Shown: positions 1-9,904, counted from the first letter of the stretch. The stretch is 64,000 nt of DNA from Gammaproteobacteria bacterium (GCA_045110495.1 JBGCGE010000010.1:69376-133375), one strand, 5' to 3'. Numbers and translations are program-made. Notes: generated by a model from the sequence alone, not told the origin.

Positions 1-246
1 GAGCTGTCAGCTTCAATCTGAGGATTGATTTCCTGAGTAACTTTTCCTGCTTGATTTAACCCGTCCAATTCAGCTTGAAGTCGGTTATTCTCACTTTGAA
101 GGGTGTGATGCCGGGAACGCCATTGGTTTTCAGATGTCAGCATTCGCGATTCAAATCCAGAACCTCTGATTATCCAACCAATAAAAAACCCAATCAGTGC
201 TGCGAGGATCAGATATAACAAAATTTGTGCTAGCAGATAGTCCATA
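1..246 (-). CDS. Partial CDS (N-terminal part; the gene continues past the window edge): single-TM plus coiled-coil protein of unknown function
   Basis: Reverse-strand ATG at 244-246 translates to MDYLLAQILLYLILAALIGFFIGWIIRG (a TM helix), then a heptad-like Q/E/L-rich segment. It is read open to the window start, with no stop codon. It lies directly downstream of, and on the same strand as, the OmpA-like gene. Confidence 0.3.
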
Positions 247-258
247 GTTTATTTCTCC

Positions 259-1053
259 TCAAGGAGTCGTTAGATCTATTTCAATGCGACGATTTCGTCG
301 ACGTCCTTCCTCAGTATTATTATCATCAATGGGTGAAGAGTCACCATATCCCACGGCTCTTAGTCGGTGTTGTGGAATACCAGCCTTCTGGAAAAAAAGC
401 TTCACGGCTTCTGCACGATCAAGACTTAGTGCAGAATTCTTCTCAGCTTCGCCGATATTGTCGGTGTGTCCCGACACTTTTACGCGCGTTTCGGAGCACT
501 CAAGTATTGTTGTTACCAAATCATTCAGCAGTGTAAAACTTTCTGGTGAAATGCGACTACTACCGGTGGGAAATTCCACAGAATTTTCTTTTAGAAGCTT
601 TCCAATATTACTTTGACATTGTTGTTTGGTATTCTTTTCCTGGCCTTGTATTTCGTGAGCAAGATCTGGATTTTCAGATGGTAAAAGAGGTTGGCTCGTA
701 TTTATTGCTAGTGCGTTTTCTTTCGTCGTAGGAGAAGGAGTATCTATGGAAGGCCTTTCAGTTTCCGTAGCAGTTCTAGGGTTAACCATACACTGACATT
801 CAATTTTTCTGACACCCCAAACGGAACTTACGGCTTTCTTTGCGATGGCAATTGACTCAATATTTGGTGGAATACCTTCGATAAGGACATCGCGACCATC
901 GATGACAACATTCGCCCAGGATATGTTTTGTAATGCAAAATTTGATCGGCCTTCTAGATCAGATTCTATTTTACCTACTTGAAAATGGATCGCCGCCGCA
1001 TAGACAACTGATAACAGCGCTAAACCCACTATCCAGATAACTATTCGCCCCAT
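259..1053 (-). CDS. OmpA/MotB-family peptidoglycan-binding protein with an N-terminal TM anchor
   Basis: The C-terminus (VKVSGHTDNIGEAEKNSALSLDRAEAVKLFFQKAGIPQHRLRAVGYGDSSPIDDNNTEEGRRRNRRIEI) is a canonical OmpA_C-like domain. There is an N-terminal hydrophobic helix and a BON-like segment (NISWANVVIDGRDVLIEGI). Confidence 0.6.
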   Translation of the reverse strand: MGRIVIWIVGLALLSVVYAAAIHFQVGKIESDLEGRSNFALQNISWANVVIDGRDVLIEGIPPNIESIAIAKKAVSSVWGVRKIECQCMVNPRTATETERPSIDTPSPTTKENALAINTSQPLLPSENPDLAHEIQGQEKNTKQQCQSNIGKLLKENSVEFPTGSSRISPESFTLLNDLVTTILECSETRVKVSGHTDNIGEAEKNSALSLDRAEAVKLFFQKAGIPQHRLRAVGYGDSSPIDDNNTEEGRRRNRRIEIDLTTP

Positions 1054-1183
1054 ATTTTCCTCTTATTATTTTTATTTTTGTCCAACTTTTAAAGCAATGT
1101 TTATAGCAAGCTTTTAATTTTACGGAATGCGATAACTTTCAAAGCAGACAAAGTAGCCTTAATATACCACCTCGAACCTCATC

Positions 1184-1618
1184 TTGAAAAAGGAAAATAA
1201 AATGTTCATCTTTAGATCTATTCCGCTTTTTGTGTTTTTATGGGCTGCTTATTACGTGCTCACCATGGTTAGTGGTGTCGCTGCTGTCGAGACAATACTT
1301 TTCAGTAAAATTCTGCCATCGGGTGTTGAATGGAATATTACAAATGGGGATGCTTTTATTTTTGCTGGAATTATTTTTCTTTATATTGAAATTTTTAAGG
1401 CAACACGTACAACATCTGGATCTATTCTTGATCATACCTTGTCGATGATTGTCTTTGTGGGAATGCTTCTGCATTTTATCCTTGGTGAACAAACGGGCAA
1501 TTCGGTATTTGCTGCGATGACCTTGATGGCATTGGTTGATGTGGTTGCAGGTTTTACAGTGACAATTATTTCTGCGCGACGCGATTTTGGTTTTGGAGGA
1601 AACAATCCTGATGTCTGA
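1184..1618 (+). CDS. Small integral membrane protein, about 4 TM helices, unknown function
   Basis: 144-aa hydrophobic ORF. Its stop overlaps the downstream ATPase start by 8 nt (ATGTCTGA), which implies translational coupling. Confidence 0.4.
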   Translation: MKKENKMFIFRSIPLFVFLWAAYYVLTMVSGVAAVETILFSKILPSGVEWNITNGDAFIFAGIIFLYIEIFKATRTTSGSILDHTLSMIVFVGMLLHFILGEQTGNSVFAAMTLMALVDVVAGFTVTIISARRDFGFGGNNPDV

Positions 1619-3080
1619 TTCTGTCTCAATATATATAGGCAAAGGAGAGGAACAACAATACCTCGATCTTAAATTAGCAAACCGACACGGTTTGATCGCG
1701 GGTGCCACAGGTACCGGTAAAACGGTTTCATTACAAATACTTGCCGAAGGGTTTTCTCGACAAGGTGTACCCGTCTTTATGGCCGACGTTAAAGGTGATT
1801 TATCGGGTATTTCTCAGTCAGGTAAAACTCATAAGAAGTTGGAAGAAAGAGCGGAGACAATCGGTTTAGAAGATTATAACTACCGCGAGTTCCCAACTGT
1901 TTTTTGGGATCTTTTTGGTAAGCAAGGGCATCCAATACGTACAACCATCTCTGAAATGGGGCCACTGTTACTGTCCAGATTATTAGAATTGAATGATACG
2001 CAAGAAGGTGTTGTAAACATCGTTTTCAAATTGGCTGACGATGAAGGAATGCTATTACTCGATCTGAAAGATTTTCGCGCCATGTTGAACTTTGTCGGAG
2101 AAACTTCAGCACAATTAACGACAGAGTATGGCAATGTCAGCAAAGCTTCAGTCGGTGCGATTCAACGGCGTTTACTGGTGCTAGAGCAACAAGGTGGAGA
2201 ACATTTTTTTGGAGAGCCGGCATTAGAACTTGATCATTTTATGCAAACTAATGATGAAGGTTTTGGTTATATTAATGTCTTAGCCGCAGATAAATTAATG
2301 CAGCATCCACGCATGTATGCGACTTTTTTGCTGTGGTTACTTTCGGAATTATTTGAGGAATTGCCTGAAGTGGGCGATCCTGATAAACCAAAACTGGTTT
2401 TCTTTTTTGACGAAGCTCATTTGCTTTTTAATAGAGCACCAAGAGCGCTGATCGAGAAAGTAGAACAGGTTGTAAGACTGATTAGATCAAAAGGTGTCGG
2501 TATTTATTTTGTAACTCAAAACCCCATGGATATTCCGGATTCGGTACTTAGTCAACTTGGTAATCGTATTCAACATGCACTCAGAGCTTATACACCACGT
2601 GAACAAAAAGCAGTACGTGTCGCGGCGGAGACTTTTCGTGCAAATCCAAATTTTGATGCAGCTCAGGCTATTACCGAACTTGGTGTTGGTGAAGCACTGG
2701 TTTCCACATTGCAGAAAAAAGGCGTTCCCAGCATTGTTGATAGAACATTAATACGACCACCTTCCTCACGACTTGGGCCGGCAAATAAGACTGAGCGTAA
2801 GCAAGTTCTCGAAAATAGTCATTTGTCGGGTGTTTATGAAGACATTGTTGATCGAATTTCTGCGTCAGAAATGTTGAAAAAACGCGCAGAAAAAGCAGCA
2901 GAAGAAGAAGCGTCAGAATCTCGACGTTTGGAGATTGAAAAGCCCAAACCTCGTAGTCGAGGTCGGCAGAGGCAGGGCGTTCTTGAGACGATGGCTAAAA
3001 GTGTGGCACGAACACTAGGCACTAAACTTGGTCGACAGATAGTGCGGGGAGTTCTAGGATCCATTTTTAAAGGACGTTAA
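1611..3080 (+). CDS. yjgR: DUF853 / YjgR-family HerA/FtsK-like P-loop NTPase
   Basis: ANRHGLIAGATGTGKTVSLQ (Walker A), LVFFFDEAHLLF (Walker B) and a basic C-terminal tail are typical of the E. coli YjgR family. The start is chosen at the ATG at 1611 (MSDSVSIYIGKG), which overlaps the upstream stop. Confidence 0.75.
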   Translation: MSDSVSIYIGKGEEQQYLDLKLANRHGLIAGATGTGKTVSLQILAEGFSRQGVPVFMADVKGDLSGISQSGKTHKKLEERAETIGLEDYNYREFPTVFWDLFGKQGHPIRTTISEMGPLLLSRLLELNDTQEGVVNIVFKLADDEGMLLLDLKDFRAMLNFVGETSAQLTTEYGNVSKASVGAIQRRLLVLEQQGGEHFFGEPALELDHFMQTNDEGFGYINVLAADKLMQHPRMYATFLLWLLSELFEELPEVGDPDKPKLVFFFDEAHLLFNRAPRALIEKVEQVVRLIRSKGVGIYFVTQNPMDIPDSVLSQLGNRIQHALRAYTPREQKAVRVAAETFRANPNFDAAQAITELGVGEALVSTLQKKGVPSIVDRTLIRPPSSRLGPANKTERKQVLENSHLSGVYEDIVDRISASEMLKKRAEKAAEEEASESRRLEIEKPKPRSRGRQRQGVLETMAKSVARTLGTKLGRQIVRGVLGSIFKGR

Positions 3081-3148
3081 AAAGCGTATTAGCTGAAATT
3101 CAGGCATTGTTATTGCTTACTCTTGATTGAGCGATCAGGAGATGCGAT

Positions 3149-4021
3149 ATGTTTATGCCGATCATTAGAAACAAACGACGAAAAGTACTTATTCTTGCGA
3201 GTGCTTTTTTGATCATATTTCATCGATCTGTTTCATATTCTGTCATTCCGGAAGAGACACTCTTTGTAAAAAAACAGGTTGAAACTAAAGTCATAGAAGC
3301 CAAACCTGAACAAATTGCAATTAGTGTAATAGAAACATCTCCTGAAGCGATCAGTATTGAAAATGATCCTATTGTTCAAAATGATCATAGAGCAATTGCA
3401 TTAGATAAAATTGTTCAGCCAATAACAACGGTGACAGAATTTGTTGGTGGACAGCAAGAGCGGAATCGTGGCAGCGGTTTCGTTGTAGGGAATCGATTTT
3501 TCACAGTGAACCATAATTTAACGACAGCATTTCCTTCTTTGCGGGTGAAAAGCACCAGTTTTATTGATGGAATGTCTGTATCAAATCCCGTCTTTTCTAA
3601 TAAAGAGCAAGATGTAGCGGTTTTTGATCTATCCGACAGGCTTTGTGTTAAATATTGCAATGATACAGAAGTAGACTTTACGCCAGATTTTAGCAGTGAA
3701 AGAAAAGTTTATTGGCTGAGAAAATTCGAAGATGACTTCATCCTCAAAGAAGCAAATATTCTTGGTAGTGTAACTTTCGGTAGTATAAATACACCTGCAG
3801 AATTAACTTGTGACGATAAGTCGGTAGTACTTGTTGACCAACCTTTTATTCCAGGTAGTTCTGGTTCACCGATTATGGATGCAGAATCCGGTAAAATTAT
3901 CGGTGTTATTCAAGGTAGCGTTGATGAAGACGACGACTCGAAAGGTTACTTCAAACCAATAAATTGTGTACTTGCAATGCTATCTGATCACGAATCATCT
4001 CAGACGTTCGCAAAACTTTAA
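3149..4021 (+). CDS. Membrane-anchored trypsin-like (S1 family) serine peptidase
   Basis: N-terminal TM (VLILASAFLIIF). Catalytic triad candidates are His in FTVNHNL, Asp in DVAVFDLS and Ser in PGSSGSPIMD (a GDSGGP-like motif). Confidence 0.6.
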   Translation: MFMPIIRNKRRKVLILASAFLIIFHRSVSYSVIPEETLFVKKQVETKVIEAKPEQIAISVIETSPEAISIENDPIVQNDHRAIALDKIVQPITTVTEFVGGQQERNRGSGFVVGNRFFTVNHNLTTAFPSLRVKSTSFIDGMSVSNPVFSNKEQDVAVFDLSDRLCVKYCNDTEVDFTPDFSSERKVYWLRKFEDDFILKEANILGSVTFGSINTPAELTCDDKSVVLVDQPFIPGSSGSPIMDAESGKIIGVIQGSVDEDDDSKGYFKPINCVLAMLSDHESSQTFAKL

Positions 4022-4263
4022 GAAGCCTCTAAGTAAGCCTTGGCGAGTTAGTTGAGATTCAAAATTTTCAAGGTCAAGGCGCGAAACGCAAGTAATTGTT
4101 GTTCTATTGCATAGTTTCGTAACGCAGAGATTGAATATTTTGGACTCAAATTAACCGTTCAAGATTTAAATAAGAGATTTCTTAATAAATATATTCCTAA
4201 ATCCATGTTGCTGAGGCATGGTGATGCAGCTAGAATTTCCTTTTTTTTACTTAATCCGTATTT

Positions 4264-7200
4264 ATGGGTTGGAAACCACACCGCCGCATGACGAAAATTA
4301 TCAATAATATCGAACCTCTAATTCTTACAATTCCTGGGTTTGAGTACGCGGATCTCTATGATCCTTCGCGTCTTGAAGATCTTTCTGTGCAATTTAATAG
4401 CGATGTTGAAAAGGTTGATCCTGAACTTGCTCTCGCATTTACAGAATATCGAGATTGTCAGGGCGAAGGCATGCAACCTCAGGCGATTTCTGATCTGCTG
4501 GTTCGCATGGCACCGCACGTCGGTACGTTTGTCGCTAAGTTATTCAACATCGTTAGTGAACAAGAGCTACAAAAAGTTGAGATTCTCGCCGATGTTGAGA
4601 GTATTTTTGTACTCAAAAAAGAAGTGCTTGCTAAGCTTGCCGCTAAATTTAAAGGTCAGGATTGTTCGGAATGGGACATCACTAAAGTCAAAAATGATCT
4701 TGCCCGTTTGACAGAAATTGCTTTCCCAGAAGTTCACGCATCATACATTGAGGATCAAGATCAGGAACGGTGCATTGGCCGTGTTGGAGCAACACTCGGC
4801 AAGCTCGCAAGTCATTTTAAATTGATCGCTAAGGGGAAAGAAAGTGCTTACGTAGAAGCAGATGCAGAAATTTTGAGACTCAGAGCAGTAGTAATTTCTG
4901 ATCCACTTTTCAGCAAAGCTTGTGAACAAGAAGAAGATTCTGAGTTTGTTGATTTATTACTAGAAATAGTCCAGCGCTGGTGTTTTGCCGCTCAAAATGA
5001 CGAAGAATTAAAACAACAAGTTATTGATTGGGTTCTTTTCAAAACACCACATAAAACCGATTTTGATCATCTCGTGCATCATCTTACTATCGAAAAAGAC
5101 GGTTATACCGTTTGGATGGGGCCAGAGCAGCGTCGCCGTCGTCGCGATGGGTTCGGTCTTACTGATCAACGATTCAACGAACGGCAAGCACAATATGAAA
5201 TTGATCACTGTATTTATTGTCATGATCGCGATACCGATTCTTGTTCGAAGGGCATGCGTAATAAAAAAACGGAAACGTTCAAGGTTAATCCGCTAGGTGA
5301 AAATGTCACCGGTTGTCCGTTAGAAGAAAAGATTTCCGAGATGCATTTGGTCAAACAACAAGGTGACAATATTGGCGCACTTGCCTTGATCATCATCGAT
5401 AATCCAATGTGTCCTGGCACCGGTCACAGAATTTGTAATGATTGCATGCGAGGTTGTATTTATCAAAAAACCGAACCGGTGAATATTCCGCAGATCGAAA
5501 CCAGCGCACTGACAGACGTGTTATTTATGCCATGGGGTTTTGAGATTTACAGTTTATTAACGCGTTGGAATCCACTCAACGTTAAACGACCTCAAATGCT
5601 TCCGTATAACGGCAAAAATGTCATGGTTGTTGGGATGGGACCCGCGGGTTATACGCTTTCGCATTATTTGTTGAATGAAGGTTTCGGTGTGGTCGGCATT
5701 GATGGTTTGAAAATAGAACCGTTACCTGAAGAATTAACCGGAACGGTTGATCAAGCGCCAGTACCTATTCAGGATTTCAACCAGATTTATGAGGATTTGG
5801 ATAAGCGAATTATGCTCGGTTTTGGTGGCGTAGCCGAATACGGTATTACTGTGCGTTGGGATAAAAATTTCCTTAAAGTTATCTATCTGAATTTATTACG
5901 TCAGCAGTCTTTCCGTTGCTATGGCGGTATTCGTTTTGGCGGTACATTGACCATTGATGATGCATGGGATCTGGGTTTTGATCATATTGCGATTGCAAGT
6001 GGGGCCGGCAAACCAACCGTGATTGGATTAAAAAATAATTTGATCCGTGGCATAAGAAAAGCGTCTGATTTTCTTATGGGTTTACAGCTCACCGGTGCTG
6101 CAAAAGAATCATCAATGGCGAATTTACAAGTACGCCTTCCTGCGGGTGTCATCGGTGGCGGTTTAACCGGAATAGATACGACGACAGAATTAATGGCTTA
6201 CTATCCGGTACAGGTTGAGAAAGTTTTACATCGTTATGAAAAGTTAGTTGGTATTTATGGCGAGCAAAAAGTTCGTACACGTTATGATGAAGAAGAGCTG
6301 ATCATTCTTGACGAGTTTCTTGCGCATGGAAAAGAGATCGCCGCTGAACGCGCACGTGCCGAAGCACTAAATGAAACACCTGATTTCCAGCCATTGGTTG
6401 AGAAATGGGGTGGGGCGACGATGTTTTATCGTAAAGGGATGGCGGATTCACCGGCATATCGTCAAAACCACGAAGAGATCGCAGAAGCCTTAGATGAAGG
6501 AATTGAACTGGCCGAAGGAATGAGTCCGGTTGCAGCGCATGCGGATCAATATGATCATTTAAATGCTGTTACTTTTGATAAATTAGAACAACAAGACGGC
6601 AAGTGGATCAATACGGGTAAGCAGGTTGAGATACCCCTGAAAAGTTTGTTTGTTGCAGCGGGTACTTCACCAAATACGATTTATCAAGAGGAGTTTCCAG
6701 ATACGTTTAAAATGGACTGGAAATTCTACCAGCGTCATGAACCACAATGGGCTAAAGACAATCCGGATCTAACGCCGATGGAAGATGAGACAAGTCCGAA
6801 GTTAGGTAAACCGGCACCATTTACGTCGTATCATAAGAGCGGTCGTTACATTACTTTCTATGGTGACAACCATCCTGTTTATGCTGGCAATGTTGTAAAA
6901 GCGATGGCCAGTGCAAAAGATGGTTACCCCTATGTTGTGAAGCTATTTGAAGATCAAATTTTAAATTTAGATCCAGTAGATCAAAAAGCGAGAGATCAAA
7001 AATTAAGAGCTTTACAAAATCGTTTAGATGAAGCATTTGTTGCAACAGTGGTTGAAGTAAATAGACTGACGCCAACGATTATTGAAGTGATCGTTAAAGC
7101 ACCTTATCAAGCGCAAAAATTTGAACCGGGTCAATTTTATCGAGTACAAAATCTTGAAGTCTTTGCCCCTGTAGTTGAAGGAACGGTTTTAGCTACAGAA

Positions 7201-8004
7201 GGTTTGGCTTTGACCGGTGCATGGGTTGATCGTGACAAAGGTTTGATCTCCTTGATCACATTAGAAATGGGTAGTTCATCGCGACTCTGTGCTCTCTGGA
7301 AACCAGGTGAACAATTGGTTGTAATGGGCGTCACTGGTGCGCCGACTGAGATACCTACTAATGAAACGGTTGTATTGGTTGGTGGTGGTTTAGGAAATGC
7401 CGTACTGTTTTCCATAGGAAAAGCATTACGCGCGGCGGGCAATAAAGTGATCTATTTTGCGGGTTATAAATACAATCAGGATGTTTTCCGAGTTGAGGAT
7501 ATTGAAGCGGCTTCAGATGTGATTATATGGGCGGTGGATAAAGCGGAAGGTGTTGAAGCTATTCCAACAACACGGCCTCATGATAAAACCCTTGTTGGGA
7601 ATATTATCGAAGCGATGATCGCCTATGGTTCTGGTGAACTTGGTGATAAGCCGCTTTCACTTAAAGAAATGGATCGTATGGTCGTAATAGGATCAGATCG
7701 GATGATGAGTGCGGTAAAAGATGCGCGTTCCGGCATACTTGCGCCATACATCAAGCAAGATCACGAAGCGGTTGGATCAATAAACTCACCAATGCAATGC
7801 ATGATGAAAGGCGTTTGCGCACAATGTATGTGTAAGCATGTTGATCCAGAAACGGGTGAAGAGAGCTTTGTTTACTCTTGTTATAATCAGGATCAAGATT
7901 TAAACAAGGTTGATTTTGCAAATCTGAATGCGCGTTTACGACAAAATTCTGTACAGGAAAAGCTTTCTAATCTTTGGTTAGATCATTTGTTTGAAAAGAT
8001 GTAA
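4264..8004 (+). CDS. Large multidomain flavo-Fe-S oxidoreductase. It has an N-terminal extension, a Cys-rich putative 2x[4Fe-4S] region, a GltD/NfnB-like FAD/NAD(P) module and a C-terminal PyrK/NfnA-like FAD/NAD plus [2Fe-2S] module.
   Basis: Cys clusters: CIYCHDRDTDSCSKG and CPGTGHRICNDCMRGC. Rossmann motifs: VVGMGPAGYTLSHYLL, IAIASGAGKP, VIGGGLTGIDTT. The C-terminal 330 aa resembles the dihydroorotate dehydrogenase electron-transfer subunit (VVLVGGGLGNAVLFSIGKAL, and a terminal CAQCMC...C cluster). An alternative start is at 4288 (MTKIINN). Confidence 0.6.
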   Translation: MGWKPHRRMTKIINNIEPLILTIPGFEYADLYDPSRLEDLSVQFNSDVEKVDPELALAFTEYRDCQGEGMQPQAISDLLVRMAPHVGTFVAKLFNIVSEQELQKVEILADVESIFVLKKEVLAKLAAKFKGQDCSEWDITKVKNDLARLTEIAFPEVHASYIEDQDQERCIGRVGATLGKLASHFKLIAKGKESAYVEADAEILRLRAVVISDPLFSKACEQEEDSEFVDLLLEIVQRWCFAAQNDEELKQQVIDWVLFKTPHKTDFDHLVHHLTIEKDGYTVWMGPEQRRRRRDGFGLTDQRFNERQAQYEIDHCIYCHDRDTDSCSKGMRNKKTETFKVNPLGENVTGCPLEEKISEMHLVKQQGDNIGALALIIIDNPMCPGTGHRICNDCMRGCIYQKTEPVNIPQIETSALTDVLFMPWGFEIYSLLTRWNPLNVKRPQMLPYNGKNVMVVGMGPAGYTLSHYLLNEGFGVVGIDGLKIEPLPEELTGTVDQAPVPIQDFNQIYEDLDKRIMLGFGGVAEYGITVRWDKNFLKVIYLNLLRQQSFRCYGGIRFGGTLTIDDAWDLGFDHIAIASGAGKPTVIGLKNNLIRGIRKASDFLMGLQLTGAAKESSMANLQVRLPAGVIGGGLTGIDTTTELMAYYPVQVEKVLHRYEKLVGIYGEQKVRTRYDEEELIILDEFLAHGKEIAAERARAEALNETPDFQPLVEKWGGATMFYRKGMADSPAYRQNHEEIAEALDEGIELAEGMSPVAAHADQYDHLNAVTFDKLEQQDGKWINTGKQVEIPLKSLFVAAGTSPNTIYQEEFPDTFKMDWKFYQRHEPQWAKDNPDLTPMEDETSPKLGKPAPFTSYHKSGRYITFYGDNHPVYAGNVVKAMASAKDGYPYVVKLFEDQILNLDPVDQKARDQKLRALQNRLDEAFVATVVEVNRLTPTIIEVIVKAPYQAQKFEPGQFYRVQNLEVFAPVVEGTVLATEGLALTGAWVDRDKGLISLITLEMGSSSRLCALWKPGEQLVVMGVTGAPTEIPTNETVVLVGGGLGNAVLFSIGKALRAAGNKVIYFAGYKYNQDVFRVEDIEAASDVIIWAVDKAEGVEAIPTTRPHDKTLVGNIIEAMIAYGSGELGDKPLSLKEMDRMVVIGSDRMMSAVKDARSGILAPYIKQDHEAVGSINSPMQCMMKGVCAQCMCKHVDPETGEESFVYSCYNQDQDLNKVDFANLNARLRQNSVQEKLSNLWLDHLFEKM

Positions 8005-8021
8005 GGATGACTTTCTCAGTG

Positions 8022-8050
8022 TGGGCTGGTTTTTATTCAACGCCAGCCCA
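8022..8050. terminator. Hairpin between convergent genes (tgggctgg...ccagccca, 8-bp stem); possible bidirectional terminator
   Basis: A perfect 8-bp inverted repeat directly after the stop of the large oxidoreductase. It overlaps the last codons of the minus-strand small ORF. Confidence 0.4.
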
Positions 8051-8266
8051 TTTCAAGACAAGCTTAACCAGTAAGACGATGTGCAGAATGCTCAAAACGG
8101 TGACAACAGCCCCGACTATAATAAACTGGTGAAGTTTGCCATATTTGAATTGACGTTCTCTTTTTTCTTCACTTTGAACACCAATAAACATCGCAAATAC
8201 GCCCTGGAAAACTTCCCATAACGAGAGTGTAATTTCTTCTTCTTTTTGTTCTTTAATATCGCTCAT
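8033..8266 (-). CDS. Small membrane protein, unknown function
   Basis: 77-aa ORF with an acidic N-terminus and two hydrophobic helices. No recognisable family. Confidence 0.3.
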   Translation of the reverse strand: MSDIKEQKEEEITLSLWEVFQGVFAMFIGVQSEEKRERQFKYGKLHQFIIVGAVVTVLSILHIVLLVKLVLKWAGVE

Positions 8267-8364
8267 TTATCACCACATATTTCTTATTAATAAGATAACT
8301 AACATTCTATCTTAGATTTATTCAGATCAGAATTAGTATTGACCATAGTATTCGTCGAGCATTA

Positions 8365-9582
8365 TTAATCAAAATATAGTAGCTCCTCAGCTACCTGTTT
8401 TCTTAAATTATATTTTGCTGCCTGATTGATCATAATAACGAACGGTTGCCATTTGTTGTTTTTTCTTAAATATCCCGCATAAGTACTGATCCCAGTTAAA
8501 GTGCCACTTTTTGCCAGAATGTGATCATTTTGTTGGCTGAGTAATTGTTTATATGACGCAAACTTTTCTAGAACGTCGATCAATTGTCGAGCACTTAAAC
8601 GGTTGCTTCGAGATAGACCTGAACCTTCCAGGATGATCTGATGTTTCCAATCAAATATCTTAGCCATTTTCTGATCAAAAGTTGAGCGGGATTTTGCCAT
8701 GCTTGCCGGCGCGCCTTTGGCTTTTACCCCGAGTAATAAAAACAGTTGATTAGCGATAAAGTTATTCGAATATTTCAGCATTGCAGAGATTATTGCACTC
8801 AAGTCGTGACTATTCTTATGGCGGTAAAAGGGAGTTTGTGTGTTGGTTATAATTCCGTTGATCAGGACTTCACCTACTTCAACATCAGAGGCTTTTAATT
8901 TTATTGAGAGTATTTGAGCGAAGTTGACTGAACTGTATTCTTGCATACCCAGATTAATTCGATGTTCCCCGTTAGGTAATTCCTTTGCTAGAGATTTCAT
9001 TAAAGGTGTCAGTGGTGTTTGCGACTCAGCACTTTGCAGGCCGTTTTTATCACGAATAATATTGAAGGTATTAAAATTTGCGGCAAGTGTGCTTAAAGAA
9101 GCATCATAAGGATTATCGGTTTGAGATTGTCCATCAACAATTATTTCTTCTGAAAAATAGCTGTCATCAATTCCGATCCCGGCGATTTTTTTTAGCCCTT
9201 TTTTTTTCAAAGCCGCAACGATCAGATTTATTTCTTCAGAGATTAGAAATGGATCACCATAGCCTTTAATCCATAAAATATTATTTTCACCCAGGTAAAA
9301 ATCGGTGATGAATTTATGATCCGATCCCCAAGTTTGTAATGCAAATAAACCAGTTAATAATTTTAATGTTGACGCTGGAATAAGAGGAAGGTCAGGCTTT
9401 ACGGTTTTGTATGGATTTTCTACATGGCCGAGGAACAAACTTGCCTGATCCATATTTTGGATCTGTTCAATGCCGGGTGTTTTAGAATTTTCTTTAGCGT
9501 AGTTGTAAGGAGAAAAGGCTAGAAGGCTTAAACTTATCAGAAGTAATTGCCAGCTGTTGGTAGTAAATCCAACAACTGGCAT
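8365..9582 (-). CDS. PBP4/DacB-like serine D-Ala-D-Ala carboxypeptidase/endopeptidase (peptidase S13-like)
   Basis: Signal peptide, then SxxK (ASTLK), SxN (YSNN) and KTG-like (KSGTLTG) motifs in the expected order. Confidence 0.55.
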   Translation of the reverse strand: MPVVGFTTNSWQLLLISLSLLAFSPYNYAKENSKTPGIEQIQNMDQASLFLGHVENPYKTVKPDLPLIPASTLKLLTGLFALQTWGSDHKFITDFYLGENNILWIKGYGDPFLISEEINLIVAALKKKGLKKIAGIGIDDSYFSEEIIVDGQSQTDNPYDASLSTLAANFNTFNIIRDKNGLQSAESQTPLTPLMKSLAKELPNGEHRINLGMQEYSSVNFAQILSIKLKASDVEVGEVLINGIITNTQTPFYRHKNSHDLSAIISAMLKYSNNFIANQLFLLLGVKAKGAPASMAKSRSTFDQKMAKIFDWKHQIILEGSGLSRSNRLSARQLIDVLEKFASYKQLLSQQNDHILAKSGTLTGISTYAGYLRKNNKWQPFVIMINQAAKYNLRKQVAEELLYFD

Positions 9583-9617
9583 CAGATTATTTTTATTGTT
9601 TGGAACTAGTTTAAGAA

Positions 9618-9800
9618 TTAACTAAACAATTCTCTTATAGTGGAAATGATAATATCAGATGACTGACCAATGTTTAGTGGAGCGATTGGATTACTTCCAT
9701 ATTTACCGCCCATAAAGTAGAAAACAACCATTAAAATTGTGATGGCAATAACTACGATGGTAAACAGGGTGAAAAACTTCTTATCGCTTTCTTTACTCAT
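9618..9800 (-). CDS. Small single-TM protein downstream of ctaB
   Basis: 60-aa ORF with a central hydrophobic helix (FTLFTIVVIAITILMVVFYF). Same strand as ctaB. Confidence 0.25.
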   Translation of the reverse strand: MSKESDKKFFTLFTIVVIAITILMVVFYFMGGKYGSNPIAPLNIGQSSDIIISTIRELFS

Positions 9801-9904
9801 GACGGATTATCCTCTTTATTATATATTGACTATTGTTACTGATTTTTTATTTATAAATTAACAATTATTATTTTTAATTTTGATCAGGCAATTATACTCT
9901 GACA

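Noticed and set aside
284-731. Plus-strand ORFs of 61-110 aa overlapping the OmpA-like gene
   Set aside because: They are antisense to a well-supported OmpA_C-domain CDS and have no motifs.
4040-4263. Hairpins (cgaaacgcaa...ttgcatagtttcg; gctg...cagc plus T8) in the leader of the large oxidoreductase, as a possible attenuator or riboswitch
   Set aside because: The stems are short or imperfect, and the T-tract is 10 nt from the stem. This is not enough to call a terminator or riboswitch without covariance data.
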